From: Bacteroidota bacterium
GTDB lineage: Bacteria; Bacteroidota; Bacteroidia; UKL13-3
Direction: 5' to 3'
DNA length: 64,000 nt
NCBI GenBank assembly: GCA_040388375.1
Contig: JAZKBU010000007.1
Location: forward strand, 3,263-67,262
Below the pieces are notes generated by a model that searched no databases, was not told the DNA's origin, and saw nothing but the letters and a program-made list of their open reading frames with translations. Shown one piece after another: positions 18,052-26,803 of this stretch (position 1 is its first letter; every line of letters starts with the position of its first letter). The translations under genes and the position numbers were made by a program.

Positions 18052-18405
18052 ATGCCTGAATTAATAGTACACAACAAGGAGCAATGCACAAAAGCCATTC
18101 TGCCTGTAAGAGATGCGTTAGATATATTAAGTGGAAAATGGAAGCTACCTATTATCATTTCATTATCGTTTGGCAATAAAAGATTCAGCGAAATATCCAA
18201 ACACATTCCGGGTATTACAGATAGAATGCTTTCTAAGGAATTGAGGGATTTAGAGCAAAACCAATTAGTGAAACGAACTGTGTACGATACCGTGCCGGTA
18301 GTGGTTGAATACTCCATGACCACCTATGGTAAATCGTTAGAGAAAATAATACAGGAATTACAGGTTTGGGGAGCCAAGCACCGCAAGCGTATTATGGAGA
18401 AGTAA
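18052..18405 (+). CDS. HxlR family winged-helix transcriptional regulator
   Basis: 'ALDILSGKWKLPIIISL...FSEI...ITDRMLSKELRDLEQNQLVKRTVY' fits the HxlR/DUF24 signature. 117 aa. Confidence 0.85.
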   Translation: MPELIVHNKEQCTKAILPVRDALDILSGKWKLPIIISLSFGNKRFSEISKHIPGITDRMLSKELRDLEQNQLVKRTVYDTVPVVVEYSMTTYGKSLEKIIQELQVWGAKHRKRIMEK

Positions 18406-18410
18406 AATGC

Positions 18411-20897
18411 TTACCTTTTTACGCCACCTTTGGCTACGGCACTGGCAGTCCAGGGGTCATCGGGCCAGGCATGTTTGGGGTACCTGCGTTTCAATTCTTT
18501 TTTTACTTCAAAATAAGTATTGTTCCAAAAGCTGCGTAAGTCAGCCGTTACCTGCACGGGTTTAAAACCGGGCGATAACAAATGCAACACCAATGGAATG
18601 GTATTGTTGTTTATTTTAGGCGTATCGGCCATACCAAATACCTCCTGCAAACGCACGGATAGGATAGGAGTTTCGCCATTGGCTAAATAAGCAATAGCTA
18701 TGTTGGAGCCACTGGGCACGGGTATTTTAGCCGGAGCCAGTTTGTCTAACGCTTGTTGTTGCTCCCAGCTTAAATGGTTCTTCAATGCTTCGGTTATATT
18801 TATTTTCTTTAAATCTTCCGGCTTTTTTACCTGGGTTAAATAGGGGGCAAGCCATTCTTTATTGGTCAGTAATAAATGAAAGGTGCTTACATCGGGCCAG
18901 TTATCGGCACTATTCCATTTACGTAAACTTAAAATACGGTTTTGTAATTGGGCAAAGCTTTCATCAAAATTCAACAAGGCTTCACCTTCGGTTTTTATGG
19001 CATTGCAAATAGCATCAACCAAATGCTCTGCACTTGGTGCAGGCAATGGTTTTGATTGCAATACAATACTGCCAATGCGTAAATCTTTGGTGGCAATTAA
19101 ACCACCTTTGCGGGTATCCCAGGTTATTACTTCGCGTTCTTTCACCATCGGCAATAAGTCTTTTGGGTTTAAGGGTGAAGCCATAAATATTTTTCCCAAG
19201 CCATCGCGCGTATCAATATGGGCTACGGCTAACCAGGGCTCGTTGGCTAAGTTATCCCTATGTCCGGCAGTAGCTATTTTACCATTGGCTAATTGAAACT
19301 GTGCATTGTTTCCAGGTCTGGCAAAAGCAATGCGTTCCGGATAAGTATAAGCCAATAATAAACCTGTTTCGTAATCATCAACGGGTGTGTTTTCGGCTTC
19401 TACCTGTAACATTTTACGGTACGAGTCGGCTACCTTGTCTATGCGCCCAAACTTATTGCCCAAGCTGTTGGTCTGTCTGGCCCTGCGCAATGCTTCAATA
19501 CGTAAGTTTATATCTATACCACTGTCTTTTGGTAAAGGATCACGTTCCTCTAAAATAGCAGCAATGTCGGTAGCTAAAGCAATGGCATTATCTGTTTTGG
19601 CTTTTAAAAGCATGTGCGCTATACGTGGGTGGCAAGGCAACTGGTGAATGGCTTTACCATGCTCAGTAATACGTTTATTTGCGTCTATGGCATTCAGATT
19701 GGTTAATACATCAAAAGCTTGTGCAACGGCTGCTTTGGGTGGTGGTGTTAACCAGGTTAATTGTTCAATATTGGCAATACCCCATTTGCTCATATCCAAT
19801 ACCAGGGCGGCTAAATCGGCTTCCATTATTTCGGGTGTGCGGTGTTCAGCCAAACGCTGGTGTGTGGCGTTGGTCCACATACGGTAACAAACGCCTGCAC
19901 TTAAACGCCCTGCACGCCCTGCGCGTTGGTCGGCTGAGTCTTTGGTAATGCTTACTGTTTCCAAACGCGATAAACCTGACTTAGGGTCGAAACGCGATGT
20001 GCGGGCAAAGCCTGTATCTATTACTATTTTAATACCTTCAATGGTTAAACTGGTTTCGGCTATGGAGGTAGCCAATACTACTTTACGTTTACCTGTTTTG
20101 TTAGGCATAATAGCTGCGTATTGTTCGCGTTGTGGTAATTGTCCGTATAAGGGATGAATAGCAAAATCAGTGAGTTTGTTTTTTAACAACTCGGCACATT
20201 TTCTTATCTCGCCTTCGCCCGGTAAAAATACCAATACATCGCCCGGGTTTTCTTTAACCGCTTTTATTACTGCCTGCGATGTTGTTTCGGGCAGCAAAAA
20301 TGGGTCTTGCTCGCCTGTATAATGTATAGCCACCGGGTATTGTTTGCCCTCGCTTACGGCTACAGGGCAGTTTAACAAAGCTGTTAGCTGTGGCATATTT
20401 AAGGTTGCCGACATAATCATAATACGCAAATCGGGCCTTAATATTTGTTGTGCTTCGCGGCATAAAGCCAAAGCTACATCTGCAAATAAACTGCGTTCAT
20501 GAAACTCATCAAATATAACCAGCCCCACATTTTCCAAAGCATTATCAGTATGCAACATGCGGGTTAAAATACCTTCGGTTACTACTTCTATTTTGGTGTT
20601 TGGGCCTATTCTGTTTTCAAACCGAATGCGGTAACCTATGGTTTGCCCTACTTCTTCTTCCAATAGTTCAGACATACGCATGGCAATACTGCGCGCAGCT
20701 AAACGCCTTGGCTCCAGCATTATTATTTTTTTACCGCTGAGCCATGTTTCTTCCAGTAAGGTTAAAGGTAATAAGGTACTTTTTCCTGCTCCCGGAGGGG
20801 CATTTACGATGAGGGTATTGTTATTGGTTAAATGTGTTTTTACCTCAGTAATAATATCGGCAACGGGTAAATTATATTGGTATGGATTAAATGACAA
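18411..20897 (-). CDS. hrpB: ATP-dependent helicase HrpB (DEAH-box)
   Basis: Walker A GAGKST, DEFHERSL, and the HA2 and HrpB C-terminal regions. 828 aa matches the HrpB length. Confidence 0.9.
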   Translation of the reverse strand: MSFNPYQYNLPVADIITEVKTHLTNNNTLIVNAPPGAGKSTLLPLTLLEETWLSGKKIIMLEPRRLAARSIAMRMSELLEEEVGQTIGYRIRFENRIGPNTKIEVVTEGILTRMLHTDNALENVGLVIFDEFHERSLFADVALALCREAQQILRPDLRIMIMSATLNMPQLTALLNCPVAVSEGKQYPVAIHYTGEQDPFLLPETTSQAVIKAVKENPGDVLVFLPGEGEIRKCAELLKNKLTDFAIHPLYGQLPQREQYAAIMPNKTGKRKVVLATSIAETSLTIEGIKIVIDTGFARTSRFDPKSGLSRLETVSITKDSADQRAGRAGRLSAGVCYRMWTNATHQRLAEHRTPEIMEADLAALVLDMSKWGIANIEQLTWLTPPPKAAVAQAFDVLTNLNAIDANKRITEHGKAIHQLPCHPRIAHMLLKAKTDNAIALATDIAAILEERDPLPKDSGIDINLRIEALRRARQTNSLGNKFGRIDKVADSYRKMLQVEAENTPVDDYETGLLLAYTYPERIAFARPGNNAQFQLANGKIATAGHRDNLANEPWLAVAHIDTRDGLGKIFMASPLNPKDLLPMVKEREVITWDTRKGGLIATKDLRIGSIVLQSKPLPAPSAEHLVDAICNAIKTEGEALLNFDESFAQLQNRILSLRKWNSADNWPDVSTFHLLLTNKEWLAPYLTQVKKPEDLKKINITEALKNHLSWEQQQALDKLAPAKIPVPSGSNIAIAYLANGETPILSVRLQEVFGMADTPKINNNTIPLVLHLLSPGFKPVQVTADLRSFWNNTYFEVKKELKRRYPKHAWPDDPWTASAVAKGGVKR

Positions 20898-20959
20898 GCG
20901 TGGTATGTAATTAGGGCTGCAAGTTTAGCAAAAATTGATGAATAAGGCAGGCTTGTTTT

Positions 20960-21003
20960 GCAGGTATAAAAACACAAAATACCTTGGCTTTACAAGCAAG
21001 GTC
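20960..21003 (-). terminator. Probable terminator of the kinase/LytTR operon (minus strand)
   Basis: On the minus strand: ccttgcttgtaaagccaagg hairpin followed by uauuuuguguuuuu. Confidence 0.4.
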
Positions 21004-21033
21004 TTTTAATATATAATACATTTTTAGCAAGGT

Positions 21034-21783
21034 TTATTTGCTCAACCAGTTTTTAAAATCGGCAGAGCGGTCAATACTTACTATTAACTCCTCGGTACTG
21101 GCAGGGGTGGTTTCTATTTTTATACGCCCTTTGGTATAAGCAGTCATTTGTTTAATAGCCTGAATTTTTATAATAAACTGTCGGTTTATACGGAAAAAAT
21201 ATTCAGGGTCTAACATCGTTTCCAGTTTATCTAAAGTATAATCAATCAGGTGGGTAGATTCATCGTTGAGTATTACTTTAACATAACGTCCCTCTGATTG
21301 AAAGTAAGCAATATCATCTATACCAATAGAGCGTATTTTACTGCCTGATGTAACCATAAAACGTTTCTGAAAAGTGTCCTGATTTTTCATTTCATGTAGT
21401 AGCTTATCCAATACTTCTTTCGATACAACTTTTGTATCGTGGTACTTATCCAGTGCATTTTTAAGCTCACTTTTATCAAAGGGTTTCAACAAATAATCAA
21501 TGCTGTTTAGCTTAAAAGCTTTCAGGGCATAGTGGTCGTAAGCGGTAGTAAAAATAATAGGTGCTTTTACCACTACGCTGTCAAAAATACTAAAGCTTAT
21601 ATTGTCTGATAAATAAATGTCAAGGAAAACAATATCGGGTGCCAGGTTATTTTTAAACCAGCTAATGGCTTTGCTTGCTGATGGAATAACCGCCAATACT
21701 TCTATGCTGCTATCTATTTCCTGCAATAGCTTTTGTAAATAGTCAGCCGCTATTTGTTCGTCTTCAATAATCAATACTTTCAT
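21034..21783 (-). CDS. LytTR family two-component response regulator
   Basis: Receiver domain (MKVLIIEDE...DIVFLDI) plus C-terminal LytTR DNA-binding domain. Overlaps the upstream kinase gene by 4 nt. Confidence 0.9.
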   Translation of the reverse strand: MKVLIIEDEQIAADYLQKLLQEIDSSIEVLAVIPSASKAISWFKNNLAPDIVFLDIYLSDNISFSIFDSVVVKAPIIFTTAYDHYALKAFKLNSIDYLLKPFDKSELKNALDKYHDTKVVSKEVLDKLLHEMKNQDTFQKRFMVTSGSKIRSIGIDDIAYFQSEGRYVKVILNDESTHLIDYTLDKLETMLDPEYFFRINRQFIIKIQAIKQMTAYTKGRIKIETTPASTEELIVSIDRSADFKNWLSK

Positions 21784-23609
21784 ATAGTGTGGGCTTGTAT
21801 CAATGGAATAATGACTATGTATTTATTATCGCGGGTTTCAAAACGGGGCGTTTCGTTGTGCAAAATAGCAAATCGGGCCATAATATTTTTTATACCAACG
21901 CCCATGCTGTTTGTTTTGTGCGTACGTATTTGCAGGTTGTTTTCTATAATCAGGTAATGCTGTTGGGTGTATATATTTATTTGTAGAGGATGCTCTTCTT
22001 CTATGGTATTGTGTTTAAGCGCATTTTCTATCAACATTTGTAAACAAAAGGGCGGAATAAATAGCGCCATACTTTCTGCCGCTATGTTTTTATGCAATAA
22101 CAAATTATTGCCAAAACGTATTTTTTGCAAATACATATAATCATCTACCAAGTTTAGCTCCTCTTGTAAGGGTATCAGCGAGTCGCCTTTTTGTGAGAGT
22201 ATGTTGCGGTAAAATTTAGAGAATACGGTTACAAATTCGGCAGCCTTTTTTACATCGGTTTGTATAAGCGAGCTTAAAGCATTTAAGCTGTTGAATAAAA
22301 AGTGTGGACTAATCTGGCTGCGTAGTATTTCGTATTGTGCCATTATGTTTTCGGTTTGTAAGCCTACATTTTCGGTGGTTAGGGTTTGGTTGGTTTTCTT
22401 TTTTAACCGGGTATTTCTATACAGTAAAAACACCAGTAAAAACATAGCCCCAAGCAATATTATAAATATGGTTTTTTGCAATAAGGCTTTGCTCAGTTCG
22501 CTTTCCTTTAACTCGTTGGCGGTTTGTAGCAAAGCCAGCTCTTTGTTTTTACGTTCTACGTTAAACTTGGTTTCTGTTTCGGCCAGTTGGGCTACATGCG
22601 ACTGGTTAATTAACGAATCGTTTAAGGCTATAAACCTGTTTTGCCACGCGTAAGCTTCGGCCGGCTTATGGGTTTGAAAACACAGCTCCCCCATATTGCG
22701 GTAGTAGTTGGAAACTACCGAGCGTGCGCCTATTTGTAAGGCCAATTGGTAGCCGCTGTCCAGGTAGTGTTTGGCTTCCTTATAATTACCTGTGCCTATT
22801 AAAACACTGGCCAGTGTGGTGGCGGTGCTGGCACAGCTTAGTTTGTTATTGGATTTTTTCTGGTATGCAATGGCCTGTTTTAAATAGTCAATGGCTTTGT
22901 CGTTTATGCGTAACTCCGCATAGGCTATACCTATACTGCAGTATAATACAGATTGATTAACAAAAGTGCTGTCCTTGTGGGCAGAAGGAAGCGCTTTTAA
23001 ATACAAGGCAATGGCTTCTTTGTATTTTCCTTCCGAGGTATAAATATTGCCTATATTATTGGCTATGGATACATATTTTTTATAATCGCTGGCTTCTAGT
23101 TTCGATAGTGCTTGTAGGTAAAAACCCAATGCTTTCTTTTTGTTGTTTAAATAAAAATAGTCGTTGCCAATATTAACCAGGGCAGATATATATCCTTTTT
23201 CATATTGAAGCGAATCGTACAGGCGCAAAGCATGTAAATGCAAATCAACGGCCTCGTTGTATAAACCTTCTGTGCGCAGCATATTGGCGTTTAAATCCAT
23301 GGCCATAGCCAAACCCGGAGCGTAATGTATTTGGGTGCTTAGTGTAGTTATTTCGTGTGTTAAAACTTTACCCGCTTCTCTGTCAGATAAAACAACGCCA
23401 AAGGCCAAATCGCGCAGCGCTTTTACCTTGTTGCTGTCGTTAGGCATGTGCTTAATAGCCTTTTGCAGGCTATCTATATTGTGGTTTTGCGCATGTATGG
23501 GGTTGCTAAAACAGACCCAAACAATGGTTAGTATCCATAAGGCTTTAAACATATGGCAACTTAAATATTTCAGCGCTAAAAAAGTATTATGCTGTGCTGA
23601 AAGTGTCAT
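21780..23609 (-). CDS. Sensor histidine kinase, LytS/YehU type (His_kinase domain), with periplasmic TPR repeats
   Basis: Signal or TM segment, TPR-like repeats, one TM (IFIILLGAMFLLVFLLY), then 'SPHFLFNSLNALSSLI' His_kinase motif and an ATPase domain. The internal Met about 20 codons in (MFKALWILTIVWVCF) may be the true start. Confidence 0.8.
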   Translation of the reverse strand: MTLSAQHNTFLALKYLSCHMFKALWILTIVWVCFSNPIHAQNHNIDSLQKAIKHMPNDSNKVKALRDLAFGVVLSDREAGKVLTHEITTLSTQIHYAPGLAMAMDLNANMLRTEGLYNEAVDLHLHALRLYDSLQYEKGYISALVNIGNDYFYLNNKKKALGFYLQALSKLEASDYKKYVSIANNIGNIYTSEGKYKEAIALYLKALPSAHKDSTFVNQSVLYCSIGIAYAELRINDKAIDYLKQAIAYQKKSNNKLSCASTATTLASVLIGTGNYKEAKHYLDSGYQLALQIGARSVVSNYYRNMGELCFQTHKPAEAYAWQNRFIALNDSLINQSHVAQLAETETKFNVERKNKELALLQTANELKESELSKALLQKTIFIILLGAMFLLVFLLYRNTRLKKKTNQTLTTENVGLQTENIMAQYEILRSQISPHFLFNSLNALSSLIQTDVKKAAEFVTVFSKFYRNILSQKGDSLIPLQEELNLVDDYMYLQKIRFGNNLLLHKNIAAESMALFIPPFCLQMLIENALKHNTIEEEHPLQINIYTQQHYLIIENNLQIRTHKTNSMGVGIKNIMARFAILHNETPRFETRDNKYIVIIPLIQAHTI

Positions 23610-23747
23610 TTATTGACATGAAGGAGCAGTATACTATTTTAAAAATGACACATTTAAACGGTATGAAAAAGGGCTTAGTAGTTTACGAGTTAATAAGAGA
23701 TGGGTTGATTGGCTGCCTACTTAAAACCCGGACAGTATGAAAAAAAT

Positions 23748-24052
23748 GTTTTTGGTACATTCCTGAAACTGGGACTATATAAAAAATATATTTTTATTAC
23801 GTTCCTCAAATTCGGAATGTATATAAAATAAATTTTTACTACGTTCCTGAAACTAGGACTGTATATAAAATATATTTTTATTATGTTCCTGAAACTCGGA
23901 ATATATATAAAATAAATTTTTACTACGTTCCTGAAATGAGGAATGCATATAAAATAAATTTTTATTATGTTCCTGAAATGAGGACTGTATATAAAATAAA
24001 TTTTTACTATGTTCCTAAAACTAGGACTATGTGTAAAATAAATTTTTAGTAC
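23748..24052 (+). repeat. Tandem array of seven 42-bp direct repeats (plus a degenerate eighth), consensus TTTTTAYTAYGTTCCTGAAAYNRGGAMTRTATATAAAATAAA
   Basis: The GTTCCT core recurs at 23759, 23801, 23843, 23885, 23927, 23969 and 24011, exactly 42 bp apart. Units alternate between two subtypes (ATTAY...CGGAAT and ACTAC...AGGACT). No unique spacers. Confidence 0.9.
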
Positions 24053-24155
24053 TTATTTATAACTAACATATCATATAAAAAGCAGAAATACCTTCAGCGT
24101 GCGTACAGAAGTATTTTGCCCTTATTGTGTCTTCAGACCAATAAGTAGCCTGGCA

Positions 24156-24242
24156 TTTTTGGATACTATTTTGCTCATGCAAAAAGTATTGAAGCAAGAA
24201 AAGGGAAGAATATTAATTGCATGCGGGGACGCCTGCAATGGC
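24156..24242 (+). repeat. 88-nt conserved two-hairpin element, copy 2
   Basis: Aligns with 14475-14561: ...tttttggatact..tttg...atgcaaaaagtatYgaagcaaRaaaRgRgaagaaYattWattgcaKgcggggacgcctgcaatggc. Confidence 0.6.
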
Positions 24243-24352
24243 GTAATTACAATCCGTAAAGTGCTTCGTTAACTATATGAACTGTAAGATATAAAAATGT
24301 AATCCTACCTATATACCAATATTTATATTTTTTCGTTTTACATATTAGTTTT

Positions 24353-24376
24353 AAAAAAAAGAGTGTTTTTCCTACT
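24353..24376 (+). repeat. Fourth copy of the AAAAGAGTGTTTTTCC box
   Basis: aaaaaaaagagtgtttttcctac, followed by a partial second copy aaaaaagggtattt. Confidence 0.45.
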
Positions 24377-24672
24377 AAAAAAGGGTATTTATACTATTGG
24401 ATAGTAATAAATACATATTTACTATTGCAGTCAATATATATATAAGTAATATAACAAATATAGATAAAAAGCCCATAGGTGCGCTAACACCTACAGGCCA
24501 TGTAAATAAATAAAACGTTGTCCTATGCTGATAAAACTACATCCTATTTAGCTACGAAAGTAGCCAAATAACAAAACATAGCAATACTGATTTGCTGATA
24601 CACTAAAAATGCCATAACCCCAAGGCTAGCTTTAAATAGTGAGGTAAATAACAAACTATTAAACAAACAATA

Positions 24673-25167
24673 ATGAAACGAATAATAATTATAATGACTA
24701 CTCTTGTACTTGTTGCCTGTAGTCGTGAAAAACAACAGGAAAGTGCTTTACCCTTTAAAAAAGCTATTCCTAATCTTACCTCGACAAATACAAAAAAAGA
24801 CCCTAAACCTACTTCTGGTAAAAATGCAAAAATGATAAAAACCAATAAATGTGATGCAACAGTGACTACAAACTGTACACTGATGAATAAAGGCACACGG
24901 GAAGCTCCCAGAAAGTATGATGAGTTGGTGGATATGCTTAAACTGGCGCCTGCAAATGGTAATCATTATGTGAGCGATTTATTTAACTCAAGTGATTTTG
25001 AAGAAATTTCGGAACAACTTGACTCCATAGATTTGGTTAAATTGCAAAGTGATACTTACTATTTAAATATTAATTATGAAGCTGACGATGTAGTAGTTTT
25101 TATGGCAGGACCTACTAACCCAGTTAGTACGGAGAATATGGACTTTGGATTTCAATTACCTAAATAA
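24673..25167 (+). CDS. Hypothetical lipoprotein (164 aa)
   Basis: Signal peptide with lipobox LVLVAC-S. Lys/Thr-rich linker, then a globular C-terminus. Confidence 0.55.
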   Translation: MKRIIIIMTTLVLVACSREKQQESALPFKKAIPNLTSTNTKKDPKPTSGKNAKMIKTNKCDATVTTNCTLMNKGTREAPRKYDELVDMLKLAPANGNHYVSDLFNSSDFEEISEQLDSIDLVKLQSDTYYLNINYEADDVVVFMAGPTNPVSTENMDFGFQLPK

Positions 25168-25176
25168 TACACTTAC

Positions 25177-26277
25177 ATGTTATCAATTAAAAATATAGCT
25201 TTTGTATTCCTGGCAATTTGTTTTTTTACAAGTTGCCGGGAAAAGGTAAATGGAAATACTTACAATGCTGACGAGTTCATTACGGACTCTTTTACCATAA
25301 ACATTAACGATTTTAACAGCGTTTGCCAGTTTATCAATTTTACCAATGCCCAAACTATTAACTCATTTGACCCGGTAAAAAATGAAATTGAAACCTATCA
25401 ATTAAAGGGTAATACCTTTGTGCTTGATAGTACTCAAAACATACGGGTGAATCAGCGGGTGGATTTTTACTTTTTTACGCCTTTGCAAGGCAAATACTAT
25501 TTAACGGATGCGGAGAACAATTGGACCATTGTAGACGCTGCTACTAAACAATCGCAGTTTTATAAACGAACCGCTACTATTCCGTTTATTGAACAAGAGT
25601 ATCGCTTGGGTTATAACAGACAAACTCCCCTTATTAAACAGGGTAATGTATTATACTGCCAATATACAAGCCCTGCCGGGACAGCCCAAATAGATGAACA
25701 TATTATGGCTTCGTTTACGCCTCAAAATGGTGTTATTGATAACATCAGTAATTATTTGGATAAGCCTAAGGCTTTATATAATTATGTAGAAAGACTGCAT
25801 ATGTATTGCGTAAAGGATAGTATTGTATCACTTCTGTTTCCTTGTTTTGATACGCTGTATAGGTTAAACATAACCACAGGTATGGTTACCAAGAAGGTAC
25901 TCCAAAACAAAAACTTTTGTTTACCTGTACAAACGCAATTAAATGTTGATGATCCCAATTATTTTAGTGCTTTGAGTAAATATACTTATGCTAATTTCAG
26001 GTACTACGGTATTCAATACAACCCTGCTACCGGGCATTACGTAGCCTATTATAAATTACCTGTAAAACATGTAAAGGATAGAAATATAGTTGATACAGAC
26101 CAACCGCTACAAGCCATTGTAATGGATAGTGATTATAATATTCTTAACTATGTATTGTTTAAACCTGTTTATGATGACCCTTTTTGTTTTGCAGTGCATC
26201 CCACAAAAGGTATAGCCATTCCTTTACTTAAAGAGCCTAAAACCAATGCTAAGAATTTTTATTATTTTAATTTTTAG
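25177..26277 (+). CDS. Hypothetical lipoprotein (366 aa)
   Basis: Lipobox FFTSC-R. Rich in Tyr, Asn and Thr. Size and composition are compatible with a beta-propeller-type Bacteroidota lipoprotein, but the family is not assigned. Confidence 0.6.
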   Translation: MLSIKNIAFVFLAICFFTSCREKVNGNTYNADEFITDSFTININDFNSVCQFINFTNAQTINSFDPVKNEIETYQLKGNTFVLDSTQNIRVNQRVDFYFFTPLQGKYYLTDAENNWTIVDAATKQSQFYKRTATIPFIEQEYRLGYNRQTPLIKQGNVLYCQYTSPAGTAQIDEHIMASFTPQNGVIDNISNYLDKPKALYNYVERLHMYCVKDSIVSLLFPCFDTLYRLNITTGMVTKKVLQNKNFCLPVQTQLNVDDPNYFSALSKYTYANFRYYGIQYNPATGHYVAYYKLPVKHVKDRNIVDTDQPLQAIVMDSDYNILNYVLFKPVYDDPFCFAVHPTKGIAIPLLKEPKTNAKNFYYFNF

Positions 26278-26656
26278 TTGCTTGCTTGGGTGTAAACAAG
26301 TCAACTACACTACCAATAAGGAGTTTTTTAGCTATGCGGCTATGTGGGGTATAAAACCGGAAACGGATACGCAATTGTATGCGCTTTTTCCGGCTAACCA
26401 ATGTACCAAATGTTTTACGATACACAATACCAACCCAGCTTTAACCCATCAAGTTACCATTATACATGCTTTGAATAAGGAAATGTTTAGTGGTTTTCAA
26501 TCTATGTATTACGACAGTACAAATACGCTGCAAACCCTGCAACTGGTTAATTATGCCAATACTTTTGTAGTGGTTAAAAACAAAAACATAGTAGCCATTA
26601 GCCCTATTACCGACTTTTTCCCCCAAGCGGATAGTTTACTGGCAGTATACCCGTAA
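26246..26656 (+). CDS. Hypothetical small lipoprotein (136 aa)
   Basis: Lipobox CLLGC-K. Overlaps the preceding gene by 32 nt. Confidence 0.5.
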   Translation: MLRIFIILIFSCLLGCKQVNYTTNKEFFSYAAMWGIKPETDTQLYALFPANQCTKCFTIHNTNPALTHQVTIIHALNKEMFSGFQSMYYDSTNTLQTLQLVNYANTFVVVKNKNIVAISPITDFFPQADSLLAVYP

Positions 26657-26803
26657 TAGCGTACCATAATCAGTTAATTTAAATAAACACCAAGTATAAA
26701 AAATAGATTTCTCCTTTATTAACAACCCAATAATAAATACCCAAAGTTTGTAAATGGTATTAAAATAAATATTTTTGGCTTTACTAAAACTAAAAATTTA
26801 TTT

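Noticed and set aside
18785-20157. Chain of plus-strand ORFs (75-137 aa) inside the hrpB region
   Set aside because: They are antisense to a well-supported 828-aa HrpB gene with intact helicase motifs, overlap each other in different frames, and have no start or RBS context. They are artefacts of the locally higher GC.
23748-24052. Possibility that the 42-bp direct repeats form a CRISPR array
   Set aside because: The units are contiguous with no unique spacers between them, they diverge by point mutations in a subtype-alternating pattern, and no cas genes are in the window. This is a tandem repeat or satellite, not CRISPR.
14475-24242. The two 88-nt direct repeats as att sites bounding a ~9.7-kb genomic island (14562-24155)
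   Set aside because: No integrase, recombinase, transposase or tRNA lies at either end. The interior is ordinary chromosomal genes (HrpB, two-component pair, methyltransferase). An RNA or regulatory element in two copies is more parsimonious. Not fully excluded.
24053-24672. tmRNA, RNase P RNA, SRP RNA or 6S RNA in the 1-kb non-coding gap
   Set aside because: No tRNA-like 3' end, no tag-peptide reading frame ending in ALAA, and no conserved P4 or SRP domain-IV motifs were found by eye.
24544-24896. Minus-strand ORFs 24544-24735 and 24603-24896
   Set aside because: They overlap the start of the well-formed lipoprotein gene at 24673 (+) and have low-complexity translations. Spurious.
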